From Solirubrobacterales bacterium (lineage in GTDB: Bacteria; Actinomycetota; Thermoleophilia; Solirubrobacterales; 70-9), in contig DASSNA010000311.1 in assembly GCA_035688445.1 (NCBI GenBank), forward strand, positions 1 to 33,794: 33,794 nt of DNA, read 5' to 3'. Positions 1 to 9,475 of this stretch are shown in pieces (positions within the stretch are counted from its first letter, which is position 1; each line of letters starts with the position of its first letter). The notes beneath the pieces were generated by a model, which worked only from the letters and a program-made list of their open reading frames with translations, did not search any database and was not told the DNA's origin. A program made the position numbers and the translations under genes.

Positions 1-1
1 G

Positions 2-148
2 CGCCACGGCCTCGAAATCTCCGAGCGCCGCGTCCGCCGCGTCGTCGAAAAAGCCTCTGACGAGGAGCCCGAGCAGATCTCCGCTTGGCGCCGCGTGCTG
101 GAGCAGACGACCTCGGTCCTGCTTCGCCAGAGCGGCGAGGCTTCCTAG
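2..148 (+). CDS. 3' end of an unidentified CDS (partial, runs off the left edge)
   Basis: Open frame from position 2 to TAG at 146-148 (...SAWRRVLEQTTSVLLRQSGEAS*). No recognisable motif. Absent from the ORF track because no start lies in the window. Confidence 0.3.
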   Translation, partial: RHGLEISERRVRRVVEKASDEEPEQISAWRRVLEQTTSVLLRQSGEAS

Positions 149-155
149 AAGCCGC

Positions 156-1940
156 TTAAGCGGCGTAGAGCTGCTCGATCGCGCCCTCGTGCTTCTGGGC
201 GACGACGGCGCGCTTGACCTTCAGGGTGGGCGTCAGCTCGCCTGACTCCTGGGAGAGGTCCTGGGGGAGGATCGCAATCTTCTTGACCTGCTCGACGCGG
301 GCGAAGTTCTGGTTGATCTTTTCGACGTGGGCCTCGATCGCGGCCTTGATGTCGGGGTTCTTGGCCAGCTCGGCCGGATCCTCGGAGAGGCCATGCTCCT
401 GGGCGTATTTGACTACCTCTTCGGGATCGAGGGTGACCAGCGCGACCAGGTAGGGCCGCCGGTCACCGACGACCACGCACTGGGAGACCAGCGGCTGCTG
501 CTTGATTTCAGCCTCGAGGTTGGCGGGGGTGATGTTCTTGCCGCCCGCGGTGATGATGATGTCCTTTTTGCGGCCGGTGATCTTGATGAAGCCCTCGGAG
601 TCGACCTCGCCGATGTCGCCGGTGTGGAGCCAGCCGTCGACGATCGTCTCGGCCGTCGCCTCCGGGTTCTTGTGGTAGCCCTGGAAGACGTTGGGGCCCT
701 TGACGAGGATCTCGCCGTCGTCGGCGATCTTCACCTCGCAGCCGGGGAACGGTTTGCCGATCGTCCCCACCTTGAAGTCGTCGGGAGACGAGATCGTCGC
801 CGCGGTCGAGGTCTCGGTCATCCCCCAGCCCTCGAGCACGAGGACGCCAGCGGCGTCGAAGAAACGCAGGATCTCGGGATTGATCGGCGCCGCGCCGGAG
901 ACCGCGAGCCTGATCTTGCCGCCGAAGAGGTTGCGGATTTTCGACAGCACCTGCTTGTCGGCGAAGGCGTACTGGCGCTGCAGCAGGAAGCCTGGTTTGC
1001 GGCCGCTGCGTTCGACCTCCCGCATCTTTTCCCCGGTCTTGATCGCCCAGTCGAAGACTTTCTTTTTTAGGCCGCCCTCTTTTTCGATCGCGCTGGTCGC
1101 GGCGGTGTAGATCTTCTCGAAGATTCGCGGCACCGAGGGGAAGTAGGTTGGATGCAGCTCCGCCAGGTTGGGGAGGATCTTCAGCGGGTCGCGCTCCCAG
1201 TAGGCGATCGCGGTGCCGAGGTCGTAGCTGCCGAACTGGATCAGCAGGGCGAAGGAGTGGGCGAGCGGCAGGTAGAGGTAGGTGAGGTCGCCCTCTTCGA
1301 TGGTGCTGGTCTCGTTGACCATGTCCAGCATCGCCCGGTAGTTGCCGTGGCTGATGACGCAGCCCTTCGGCGGCCCGGTGGTGCCGGAGGTGTAGATAAA
1401 GGTGCAGATGTCCTCCGAGGTGACCGCGTCGTAGAGCCCCTTCCACGCCTCATCGGTGCCGCATGCGCCTTTGGCGGCGAGGTCCTCCATCGAGATCGCA
1501 TCCTCGGCCGTGCCGGTCATCAGGACGACGTGCTGCAGCTGGGGCAGCTGGTCGCGCACCGCGCGCACCTTCTCCAGCTGTTCGGCGTCCTCGACGACGA
1601 CCACCTTCGAGTCGGAGTTCTCGAGCACGTAGCGGCACTCCTCCGGCGAGTTGGTCTGGTAGATCGGGACGACGACGGCGCCGACCGTGAGGGCGGCAAA
1701 GTCAAAGTAGGTCCACTCGGGCCGGGTGTTGCCGAGGATCGAGACCCGGTCGCCTTTCTCGACCCCGAGCTCGACCAGGCCGAAGGCGAGCGGGCGAACG
1801 ATCTCCAGAACCTCGCCGAAGGTGCGGTCGACCCACTGCTCGCCGTCTTTGAACTTGACCGCTACTTCCGGTCCGTAGAGCTCCGCTGCACGCGGCAGCA
1901 GGTCGGCGACGGTCTTCGAGTTGGTACCTCTCCCCGGCAT
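156..1940 (-). CDS. fadD: Long-chain fatty-acid--CoA ligase (AMP-dependent synthetase/ligase family)
   Basis: 594-aa ORF with the AMP-binding signature YTSGTTGPPKG, a later GWLHTGD motif, and the C-terminal LTPTLKVKR typical of acyl-CoA synthetases. Confidence 0.9.
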   Translation of the reverse strand: MPGRGTNSKTVADLLPRAAELYGPEVAVKFKDGEQWVDRTFGEVLEIVRPLAFGLVELGVEKGDRVSILGNTRPEWTYFDFAALTVGAVVVPIYQTNSPEECRYVLENSDSKVVVVEDAEQLEKVRAVRDQLPQLQHVVLMTGTAEDAISMEDLAAKGACGTDEAWKGLYDAVTSEDICTFIYTSGTTGPPKGCVISHGNYRAMLDMVNETSTIEEGDLTYLYLPLAHSFALLIQFGSYDLGTAIAYWERDPLKILPNLAELHPTYFPSVPRIFEKIYTAATSAIEKEGGLKKKVFDWAIKTGEKMREVERSGRKPGFLLQRQYAFADKQVLSKIRNLFGGKIRLAVSGAAPINPEILRFFDAAGVLVLEGWGMTETSTAATISSPDDFKVGTIGKPFPGCEVKIADDGEILVKGPNVFQGYHKNPEATAETIVDGWLHTGDIGEVDSEGFIKITGRKKDIIITAGGKNITPANLEAEIKQQPLVSQCVVVGDRRPYLVALVTLDPEEVVKYAQEHGLSEDPAELAKNPDIKAAIEAHVEKINQNFARVEQVKKIAILPQDLSQESGELTPTLKVKRAVVAQKHEGAIEQLYAA

Positions 1941-1958
1941 CTGCCGGGGGAGTCTAAA

Positions 1959-2150
1959 TCAGCGGCGATTCCGGGGGGAGCTTTGGCTCGAGCGGCCGGA
2001 TTGGAGACTGCGCAGCGAGCATTCGAACAGCGTTCGGTCGATCCGCCCGTGATAGATCGGCACTCCCATTTCAACGCATTTCCCAATCACCTCCTGTCGC
2101 TCCATACGCAGCTGGTCAGCGAGCTCTTCGGGCGTGAGGTGATGGGCCAT
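1959..2150 (-). CDS. Small helix-turn-helix DNA-binding protein (excisionase/MerR-like HTH_17 style)
   Basis: 63-aa ORF directly upstream of fadD. The N-terminal 'LTPEELADQLRMERQEVIGKCVEMGVPIYHGRIDRTLF' has the LTxxEaAxxL...v..l...G.ip..r.g layout of HTH_17 proteins. The tail is low complexity. Confidence 0.4.
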   Translation of the reverse strand: MAHHLTPEELADQLRMERQEVIGKCVEMGVPIYHGRIDRTLFECSLRSLQSGRSSQSSPRNRR

Positions 2151-2279
2151 CGGGTGGACCTCCCGGTCGATGAAAGTAGGTAGCGACCATATTTACCCCT
2201 CGTGGCGGACGTGTCAATCTCAAATTTGCGGAGGATCCGGGATCAGTCGACGATCCGCAATCGCGATAATGGGCGCTCG

Positions 2280-3023
2280 ATGTCGGAAGCCACCGAAGTC
2301 GCTGTCAAGCCGCTGCCGCGCCGGGGCAGGTGGTGGGTCCTCCTGCTCCTCGCTCTGGGCCTGGCCGCGCTCGGCTACTCGATCGTTCAGATCTCCACTC
2401 AGAAGGCCGATCGCGGCATCGTCCACGTCACCGGCATCTCCGAAGCGCAGGAACTCCTCGGCGGCGTCCCCCAAGAAGGCACCCGGCTGGGCTCCAGCGA
2501 CGCGCCGGTGACGATCCAGGTCTTCAACGACTTACAGTGCTCGGATTGCCGCGAAGCGTTCCTCGGCACGATGCCAGGCCTGATCGAAAAATACGTGCGG
2601 CCGGGCGACGTAAAGCTCCTCTACCGCCATTACTCCAACGCCGAATCGCCCCAGGAGCTCGGCTTCTACGGCGCCGAAGCGGCGGCAGAACAGGGCTACG
2701 GCTGGCAGTTCATCTACGTCTTCTTCAGCACCCAGGAGGAAGCGAAGCGCTTCACCAGCAAGCCGGCCTTTGAAGGCTTCGAGAAATCGATCGCCGGCGG
2801 TGTTGAGGAACTGGAACTCGAAGAATGGGAGAGCGCCCTCGAAAAGAGCGGCGCCTCCGACGGAGCGACCCAGAAGCGGCTCGAAGGCTACGAGGAACTC
2901 GGCCGCAACCTTGGCATCCGCGTCGGCGGCGGAATGGTCGTCAGCGGTCCCCACGGGACGCAGACCCTGCAGGAAGGCCCCTCGCTGGCCGAAGTCGAAA
3001 AGGCGATCGCCGAAGTCGAATAG
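2280..3023 (+). CDS. Membrane-anchored DsbA-family thiol:disulfide oxidoreductase (thioredoxin fold)
   Basis: CxxC motif in 'VFNDLQCSDCREAF', preceded by a TM helix WWVLLLLALGLAALGYSIV. The start is placed at the ATG at 2280 (MSEATEV); the track ORF begins at 2202. Confidence 0.75.
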   Translation: MSEATEVAVKPLPRRGRWWVLLLLALGLAALGYSIVQISTQKADRGIVHVTGISEAQELLGGVPQEGTRLGSSDAPVTIQVFNDLQCSDCREAFLGTMPGLIEKYVRPGDVKLLYRHYSNAESPQELGFYGAEAAAEQGYGWQFIYVFFSTQEEAKRFTSKPAFEGFEKSIAGGVEELELEEWESALEKSGASDGATQKRLEGYEELGRNLGIRVGGGMVVSGPHGTQTLQEGPSLAEVEKAIAEVE

Positions 3024-3031
3024 CTGAAGGG

Positions 3032-3958
3032 CTAGGCGACGCGGCGCAGGCGCGCGCGTTGGCCGATCACGTCGTGCCACCCGGAGTCGACGATGTGCGC
3101 GGGGGTGGTGGTGGCAACCCAGTCGCCGAGGACCCGCGCCAGTCCCTCGGGGTCTTCGAGGTTGGGGAAGTGGGCGGCGCGGGGGAGGGTCTCGAAGCGG
3201 CAGTTGGGGATCGACTGCTGCGCCTCCAGGCCGTGCTGGAGCGGGATCGTGCGGTCGCGCTCGCCCCAGACGATCAGGGTCGGCATCTCGCCGAGCAGGT
3301 AGAGGCGGTCGCGGGCGCTCACTTTCTGACCCTGGACATCGATCACCGAGCGCAGCGTCTGCAGGAAGGCGCGCCGCGAGCCCGGCTCCTGCAGCGGCCC
3401 AAGCGCGCGGGCGATCGCCTGCAGGTAGACGCCGGTGTTGTTGCCGCGCTCGCGCAGCCTGCCGCCGGCGCCCGCGATCGCCCCGACCAGCCGCGGCCGC
3501 GTCGCCAGCCGCAGCAGCGCCGAGGAGCCCGGCAGGGCAGCGCCCCGCAGCAGCGGGCTGACGTCGTGCCCGAGGCCGCCACTGGAGATCAGCGCCAGGC
3601 GCTCGGTGCGCTGGGGGAATTGGTAGAAGAACTGCATCGCGACGCCGCCGCCGAGCGAGTGGCCGACGATCGTCGCCCGCTCGACCCCGATCGTCGTCAG
3701 CAGGTCCCGGATCGCGGCCGCATGTGCCCCCAGCGAGTAGTCCCCCCGCGGCGTCGCCGCTTCCCCGTGCCCGATCAAATCTGGCGCGATCACCCGATAC
3801 GACCCAGCCAGCCGCTGCGCCACCTGCTCCCAGTGCCGCGAGGAGTTGATCATCCCGTGGATCAGGACGACGTTCGGACCGGAGCCGATGGTCCGGTAGA
3901 CCGCCCGGTGTCCGTGCAGGTTCGCCTCGTGGACCTCGAAGGCCGGGGTGACAGCCAT
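3032..3958 (-). CDS. Alpha/beta-fold hydrolase
   Basis: 308 aa with an HGM oxyanion region (VVLIHGMINSS), the nucleophile elbow GHSLGG, and a C-terminal His (AAHFPNLE). Confidence 0.85.
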   Translation of the reverse strand: MAVTPAFEVHEANLHGHRAVYRTIGSGPNVVLIHGMINSSRHWEQVAQRLAGSYRVIAPDLIGHGEAATPRGDYSLGAHAAAIRDLLTTIGVERATIVGHSLGGGVAMQFFYQFPQRTERLALISSGGLGHDVSPLLRGAALPGSSALLRLATRPRLVGAIAGAGGRLRERGNNTGVYLQAIARALGPLQEPGSRRAFLQTLRSVIDVQGQKVSARDRLYLLGEMPTLIVWGERDRTIPLQHGLEAQQSIPNCRFETLPRAAHFPNLEDPEGLARVLGDWVATTTPAHIVDSGWHDVIGQRARLRRVA

Positions 3959-3967
3959 ACAAAGACC

Positions 3968-5782
3968 CTAGCGCCGCCCGGGGAGGACTTTGAACGGGAG
4001 CGCCACCGGTTCCGAGCGGCTCTTGCTGCGGCTGGCCGCCAGCACCGCCTCATAGACACCGGGTTTCAGGGGTCGGCCGCGGAGGCTGCCGTCGAATCGA
4101 AGGTTGCCCCTGCCTTGGGACTGGAGGCGGTTGCTGAGAACCCCGATCAGTCGCTTGCGCGTGCAGCGGCGGGTGTTTTTCTTCTGGAGATCGGCAGGTA
4201 CGGGGATGCATTGCAAATCCGGGCGAATGCCGGGAAGGAGCCTGAAAATCGTCACCCGCAGGCGGGCGGGAGCAGAGATCGCGAACTCGATGCGCGTCCC
4301 ACCGCGTGACTTGGCAGAAGACCCCTTGCCGCCCCTGACGACCGGGAAGCGCGACCTCGTCAGGCGGGCGGTCCGGAGCAGCCGCTGATCGAGCAGTTCG
4401 TCTGCCTGGATCAGGCCATTGGCGGACCAGACGACGATGGCGTGCCTGCGCGAGCCGACCGCAACTCTGGGGGCGACCGGAAGGGGGCCGTAGGCATTGC
4501 TGGCAACGGCAAGTGACGCCGCCCGCCGCCATCTGGTCGCGCCCGGGAGCAACAGGGCCGCGTCGATCTCCCGTTCCCGAGGCGTCTGTGAGCCTGCCTT
4601 GGACCAGGTGACCGCGGCCGTGTCGTCAGGTCCCATGGCCAGCCGAGCGAAGGCAAGAGGTGGGCCGGGGCAGAGATCTTGGCAGGAGGGGAGGGTGGGG
4701 TCCGGACCGATGACCGCCAGCTGCGTCGGCTGTTCCCAGTGCCCGGTTGACGTCGAGCCGGACGAGGCCTGCAGGGTGCTGACTCGTTCGATCCCGTCCC
4801 ATATGGCCAGGGCGCGGCGGCGCCCGCCGACTGCCAATTTCGGCTGGAGCGCACATTCGCCCGGAGGCGATATCTCCCCCGGCGTCGACCAGCTGCCGCC
4901 GGCGAAGGCGGTGCCGACCATGGGCCCGCACCCCGACGGGGTGGTGGTCCAGACGACCGCAGCGCCCCCTCTGACCCCGATCGCGGCTTGGAGTTCTTCA
5001 CCGATTTCGGCGGCGCCGGCGGAGAGCGCCATCGGTGCCTGCCAGCCGCCGTCGGGAATGGACGCGGAGCCGAACGCTGCCTGCACCGTCGGCGTCGCCG
5101 GGCCGGGCCGGAATGCTTCGCGCCAGGCGGCAAGAACGTCGCCTCGGGCGTCGAGCGCGATGTCGGAATCGGTTACGTAGCCGGTCAGGGAGAGCTGCAC
5201 CGCCGGCCCCCACGCACCGCTGCCGGCCGGCATCACCCTGGCAAAGTCAGAGTAGGAATTGATGAAGCTTTCGAAGAAGGGTTCCCTGTGGGATTGCATC
5301 CAGGTGAGCGCTGCGTCGCCTCGGGGGTTCATGACGAGTTCCCACTTTCCCTGCCCTTCCAGGATGTTGTCCGAGAGGATCGCCGGCGCGCGCCACTGTC
5401 CGCCTGCTGACCGGAACGAGGATTCCAGGAGCAGCTTTTCTCCTTCCCAGTGCTCCCAGACCGCGACTGCATCCCCCTTGCCGTCGATGGCCACCTGAGG
5501 ACGCAGCCCTTCCGACAACCTCCTCGACTTGCCCCACGAGTTCCCGGTCGCGCCCTTCATCGCAACCCGGACGCTGTGCCGATCGGCCCAGGCGGCGACC
5601 GCTTCGCCCGCTCCGTTCATCGCCACCGCGGGGTCGCCGGTGGAGTAGCGGGAGACGAAGACGTCTGACGGCTCGAGCCACAGGGGCGCTGCATCGGCGG
5701 GCAGCGAGAGCAAGAGGAGTGCCAGGCCCGTCAATGCCGGCAGCAGAAGTAAGCCCAGAGGGAGGGGTGTGCGCACTCTCAT
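3968..5782 (-). CDS. Secreted repeat protein (eight G-D/G-x-A-x-x-W repeats, beta-propeller-like) with a C-terminal Ig-like region
   Basis: Signal peptide MRVRTPLPLGLLLLPALTGLALLLLSLPADA. Eight spaced motifs: AVAAW, AVAVW, AALTW, VLAAW, AAVVW, ALAIW, AAVTW, AIVVW. The track start at 5806 is a TTG; the ATG at 5782 is preferred. Confidence 0.7.
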   Translation of the reverse strand: MRVRTPLPLGLLLLPALTGLALLLLSLPADAAPLWLEPSDVFVSRYSTGDPAVAMNGAGEAVAAWADRHSVRVAMKGATGNSWGKSRRLSEGLRPQVAIDGKGDAVAVWEHWEGEKLLLESSFRSAGGQWRAPAILSDNILEGQGKWELVMNPRGDAALTWMQSHREPFFESFINSYSDFARVMPAGSGAWGPAVQLSLTGYVTDSDIALDARGDVLAAWREAFRPGPATPTVQAAFGSASIPDGGWQAPMALSAGAAEIGEELQAAIGVRGGAAVVWTTTPSGCGPMVGTAFAGGSWSTPGEISPPGECALQPKLAVGGRRRALAIWDGIERVSTLQASSGSTSTGHWEQPTQLAVIGPDPTLPSCQDLCPGPPLAFARLAMGPDDTAAVTWSKAGSQTPREREIDAALLLPGATRWRRAASLAVASNAYGPLPVAPRVAVGSRRHAIVVWSANGLIQADELLDQRLLRTARLTRSRFPVVRGGKGSSAKSRGGTRIEFAISAPARLRVTIFRLLPGIRPDLQCIPVPADLQKKNTRRCTRKRLIGVLSNRLQSQGRGNLRFDGSLRGRPLKPGVYEAVLAASRSKSRSEPVALPFKVLPGRR

Positions 5783-5847
5783 CTGACGTGAGAACCCTAA
5801 TGGCAAATGTGGTTTTTAAACACTCAGGTTTCCTCTAGGGTGGCCCG

Positions 5848-7560
5848 ATGGCTATCGACTTCGAGGTGCTAGGGAAAAACAAAAAGGCACTCTTCACGCT
5901 CAAGGTTCGCCGGGGCGAGGGGATGGCGATGCTGACGATGGACTGGAAGGAGGGCGAACCCTCCGACGACTTCGTCGGCTTCGCGGTCGAATCCAAGTCC
6001 CCGGGCGACAAGGACTTCTCGGCTCTCTCCAACCGGATCTCGTTCCCCAGCGCCAATGGCAGCGAGGACGGAAGCAGTAAGTCGAGTCGGGAATCCCCGA
6101 TCCAGAAGTTCCGCTGGGTCCACTTTCCGCGTGATCCCGAAGTCAAGGGCGAATTCACCTACCGAGTTACGCCGGTCTTCATGGACGACCAGGACAAGCT
6201 CGACTACGGCGAGCCGCAGGAAGCGGCGATCGCACTCGGCGGCGAGACGTATCCGGAGGAGCTCAACGTCGCCTTCACCCGCGGCTTCGCCTCCTCCCAG
6301 GCCTTTGTCGACTACTGGGGGGCGGACTCGATCCCGAAATTGCTGCCGACCAAAGCTGACGAGGGGCTCGACTTCGTGCCGAGTCATCCACAAGCGGAAG
6401 AGGCGCTGAACTGGATGGGGTTCGAGGCACGACGGGCGATCCTCGAGTTACTCAAGCAGGCCGTTACCGATAAATCCGCCCAGGTGAGGGTGGTGGCCTA
6501 CGACCTCAACCTGCCGGCGGTGGTCGCGCCGCTGGAAGAACTCGGCGACCGGCTCAAGGTGATCATCGACGACTCCGGCAGCCACGGTAAATCCGACTCG
6601 GCTGAGACGAAGGCGGCCGAACGCCTGGCGAAGACCGCCGGCAAAGACAACGTCAAACGGCAGCATATGGGGGACCTCCAGCACAACAAGACGATTGTGG
6701 TCGACGGCGACAAGACGAAGACAGTGGTCTGCGGCTCGACCAACTTCACCTGGCGCGGCTTCTACGTGCAGTCGAACAACGCCATGGTCCTGCACAAAGG
6801 AGACGCGGTGAAGGACTTCCTTGCTGCCTTCGACAGCTACTGGGAACACAGCGACGTGGGTGGGTTCGACAAGGCCGCCGCCGCCGGCTTCGCCGACCTC
6901 GGGTTCGGCGACATCGACGCGCACGTGGGGTTCTCCCCGCACAGCGACGAAAACACGCTGCTGCAGAAAATCGCCGACGACATCGACGGAGCGAAGTCCT
7001 CGGTCCTCTACTCGCTGGCGTTCCTGTACCAGACGACCGGGCCGATCCGGGACGCGATCAAACAGGTCACCGAAGACGATGCCATCTTCGTCTACGGCAT
7101 CTCGGACCGCAAAGTCGGCGGCCTCGACCTGCAGAAGCCCAACGGCAACGTCAGCCCGGTCTTCCCGGCCGAACTCGACTCGAAAGTGCCGCCACCGTTC
7201 AAAGCGGAGCCGAGCGGCGGCAGCGGCGTCCGCCTGCACCACAAGTTCGCCGTGATCGACTTCGACAAGCCAACCGCCCGCGTCTACCTCGGTTCCTACA
7301 ACTTCTCCAACCCCGCCGACACAGAGAACGGCGAGAACCTCGTCCTCGTCAAAGACCGCCGAGTTGCCATCTCCTACGTGATCGAGGCCCTCCGCATCTT
7401 CGACCACTACCACTTCCGCGTCGCCGAAAAGGAATCCAAAGAGAAGAACGCCGAACCCCTCGCCCTCATCACACCGCCGCGAAAAGCCGGCGACAAACCC
7501 TGGTGGGACCCGTACTGGACGAACCACCAAAAGATGCGCGACCGGGAAGTCTTCGCTTGA
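5848..7560 (+). CDS. Phospholipase D-superfamily protein with two HKD motifs and an N-terminal non-catalytic domain
   Basis: HKD1 is 'HNKTIVVDGDKTKTVVCGSTNFT' and HKD2 is 'HHKFAVIDFDKPTARVYLGSYNFS'. About 170 aa at the N terminus carry no PLD motif. No signal peptide. RBS-like AGGGTGG precedes the ATG. Confidence 0.85.
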   Translation: MAIDFEVLGKNKKALFTLKVRRGEGMAMLTMDWKEGEPSDDFVGFAVESKSPGDKDFSALSNRISFPSANGSEDGSSKSSRESPIQKFRWVHFPRDPEVKGEFTYRVTPVFMDDQDKLDYGEPQEAAIALGGETYPEELNVAFTRGFASSQAFVDYWGADSIPKLLPTKADEGLDFVPSHPQAEEALNWMGFEARRAILELLKQAVTDKSAQVRVVAYDLNLPAVVAPLEELGDRLKVIIDDSGSHGKSDSAETKAAERLAKTAGKDNVKRQHMGDLQHNKTIVVDGDKTKTVVCGSTNFTWRGFYVQSNNAMVLHKGDAVKDFLAAFDSYWEHSDVGGFDKAAAAGFADLGFGDIDAHVGFSPHSDENTLLQKIADDIDGAKSSVLYSLAFLYQTTGPIRDAIKQVTEDDAIFVYGISDRKVGGLDLQKPNGNVSPVFPAELDSKVPPPFKAEPSGGSGVRLHHKFAVIDFDKPTARVYLGSYNFSNPADTENGENLVLVKDRRVAISYVIEALRIFDHYHFRVAEKESKEKNAEPLALITPPRKAGDKPWWDPYWTNHQKMRDREVFA

Positions 7561-7573
7561 CGAATCGGCCTCA

Positions 7574-7647
7574 TCGGGGCGCCCGGATTTGAACCGGGGA
7601 CCTCACCGACCCGAACGGTGCGCGCTACCAGGCTGCGCCACGCCCCG
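7574..7647 (-). tRNA. tRNA-Pro (anticodon CGG)
   Basis: The reverse complement folds as a canonical 74-nt cloverleaf: CGGGGCG/CGCCCCG acceptor, GCGC/GCGC D stem, CACCG-TTCGGGT-CGGTG anticodon arm (CGG), CCCGG-TTCAAAT-CCGGG T arm, discriminator A. CCA is not encoded. Confidence 0.93.
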
Positions 7648-7733
7648 AGAGGGCTGATTATCCCAGAGCGGCGGGAGGGGCGCGCGGCGGGAGGGGTAGG
7701 CCGCTACTTTGGACGAGGAATCGGGTCCTTGCA

Positions 7734-8837
7734 ATGACGATGGCGCGGAGGGTGATCTTGATCGTGGTGGTGGCGCTGGCGATGACGCCAGCGGCTGCCC
7801 AGGCCTACCTGCCGCCGGGCTTCATCGGGATCGCGCCGCAGAACCCCGGGACGGCCAAGGACTACAGGCTGATGGCGGAAGCGGGGATCTCCAGCGTGCG
7901 GTTGCCGCTCAACTGGGTCTTTATCGAGCCGGAAAACCCCGCCTTCTCGGAACGGCATTGGGAGGGCTTCGACCACGAAGTGAGGCTGGCGGCCGAAGCG
8001 GGGCTGACGGTCTTCCCCTTCATCACCGCCTCGCCGGAATGGGTCACCTCTCAGGGCATCGACCTGCCGGTCGCCAACCCCTGGCAGCGCCGCGCCTGGG
8101 CCTCGTTCCTGCGCGCGGTCGTCGACCGCTACGGGCCGGGTGGCGCCTTCTGGCGTGAAGAAGAGGAAAACGAAGACCTCAACTACCTGCCGATGCGTCG
8201 CTTCGAGATCTGGAACGAGGAGAACATCGTCACCTTCGCAAGCGACCCCGAACCGGCCCGCTTCGCCGAGCTGCTCCGGGTCGCCGGCCGGGTGATCCAC
8301 AGCGAAGAGCCGGGCTCGAAGGTGATCGTCGGCGGCCTCTTCGGGCGCCCGCTGCAGATCCCGCCGAACATCGCCTCCGGCGACTTCCTCAGCCGGCTCT
8401 ACCGCGCCGGCAACGTCAAGCGTTTCTTCGACGGCGTCGCCCTCCACCCCTACGTCGCCGACGCGCAGGCGATGGGCTCGCAGCTGCAGAACCTGCGGCG
8501 GATCATGCGCCGCCACCACGACGGCGCCACGCCGCTCTACGTGACCGAGCTCGGCTGGGGCTCGGAAAGCGGCCCGACCCGCTGGCAGCGTGGCCTCTGG
8601 GGCCAGGCCGATCAGCTATCCAAGGCCTTCTCGATGCTCTCCGCCAACCGCGTCCGCTGGAGGATTGGGGGCGCTTGGTGGTTCACCTGGACTGACGAAG
8701 GCGGCAGCTGCGTCTTCTGTCGCTCGGCCGGGCTGCTGAACTCCGACAGGGAAGCCAAGCCTGCCTGGTACCGGTTCAACGAATGGACCGGCGGGGACTC
8801 GGAAACGGTGCCCCGGGCGGGCGCCGGGAATGGTTAG
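7734..8837 (+). CDS. Secreted TIM-barrel glycoside hydrolase (clan GH-A like; family not resolved)
   Basis: Signal peptide [24 protein letters not shown]. 'FEIWNEENI' matches the N-E acid/base motif of clan GH-A enzymes, and a later 'YVTELGW' matches a nucleophile Glu. Confidence 0.7.
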   Translation: MTMARRVILIVVVALAMTPAAAQAYLPPGFIGIAPQNPGTAKDYRLMAEAGISSVRLPLNWVFIEPENPAFSERHWEGFDHEVRLAAEAGLTVFPFITASPEWVTSQGIDLPVANPWQRRAWASFLRAVVDRYGPGGAFWREEEENEDLNYLPMRRFEIWNEENIVTFASDPEPARFAELLRVAGRVIHSEEPGSKVIVGGLFGRPLQIPPNIASGDFLSRLYRAGNVKRFFDGVALHPYVADAQAMGSQLQNLRRIMRRHHDGATPLYVTELGWGSESGPTRWQRGLWGQADQLSKAFSMLSANRVRWRIGGAWWFTWTDEGGSCVFCRSAGLLNSDREAKPAWYRFNEWTGGDSETVPRAGAGNG

Positions 8838-8875
8838 GCTCCGTTCGGACTTCCAATTCGAAAAGGAGCACACGA

Positions 8876-9447
<572 letters not shown>

Positions 9448-9475
<28 letters not shown>

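Noticed and set aside
151-164. Palindrome GCCGCTTAAGCGGC between the convergent left-edge CDS and fadD.
   Set aside because: It is a 5-bp stem with a TTAA loop that includes the fadD stop codon and has no T run, which is too small to call a terminator.
2532-3962. 476-aa minus-strand ORF overlapping the DsbA-like and hydrolase genes. Similar long ORFs lie at 2825-4309(+), 4411-5133(-) and 6448-7530(-).
   Set aside because: The translations are Arg/Pro/Gly/Ala-rich low complexity in alternative or antisense frames of motif-bearing genes. This is the usual high-G+C artefact.
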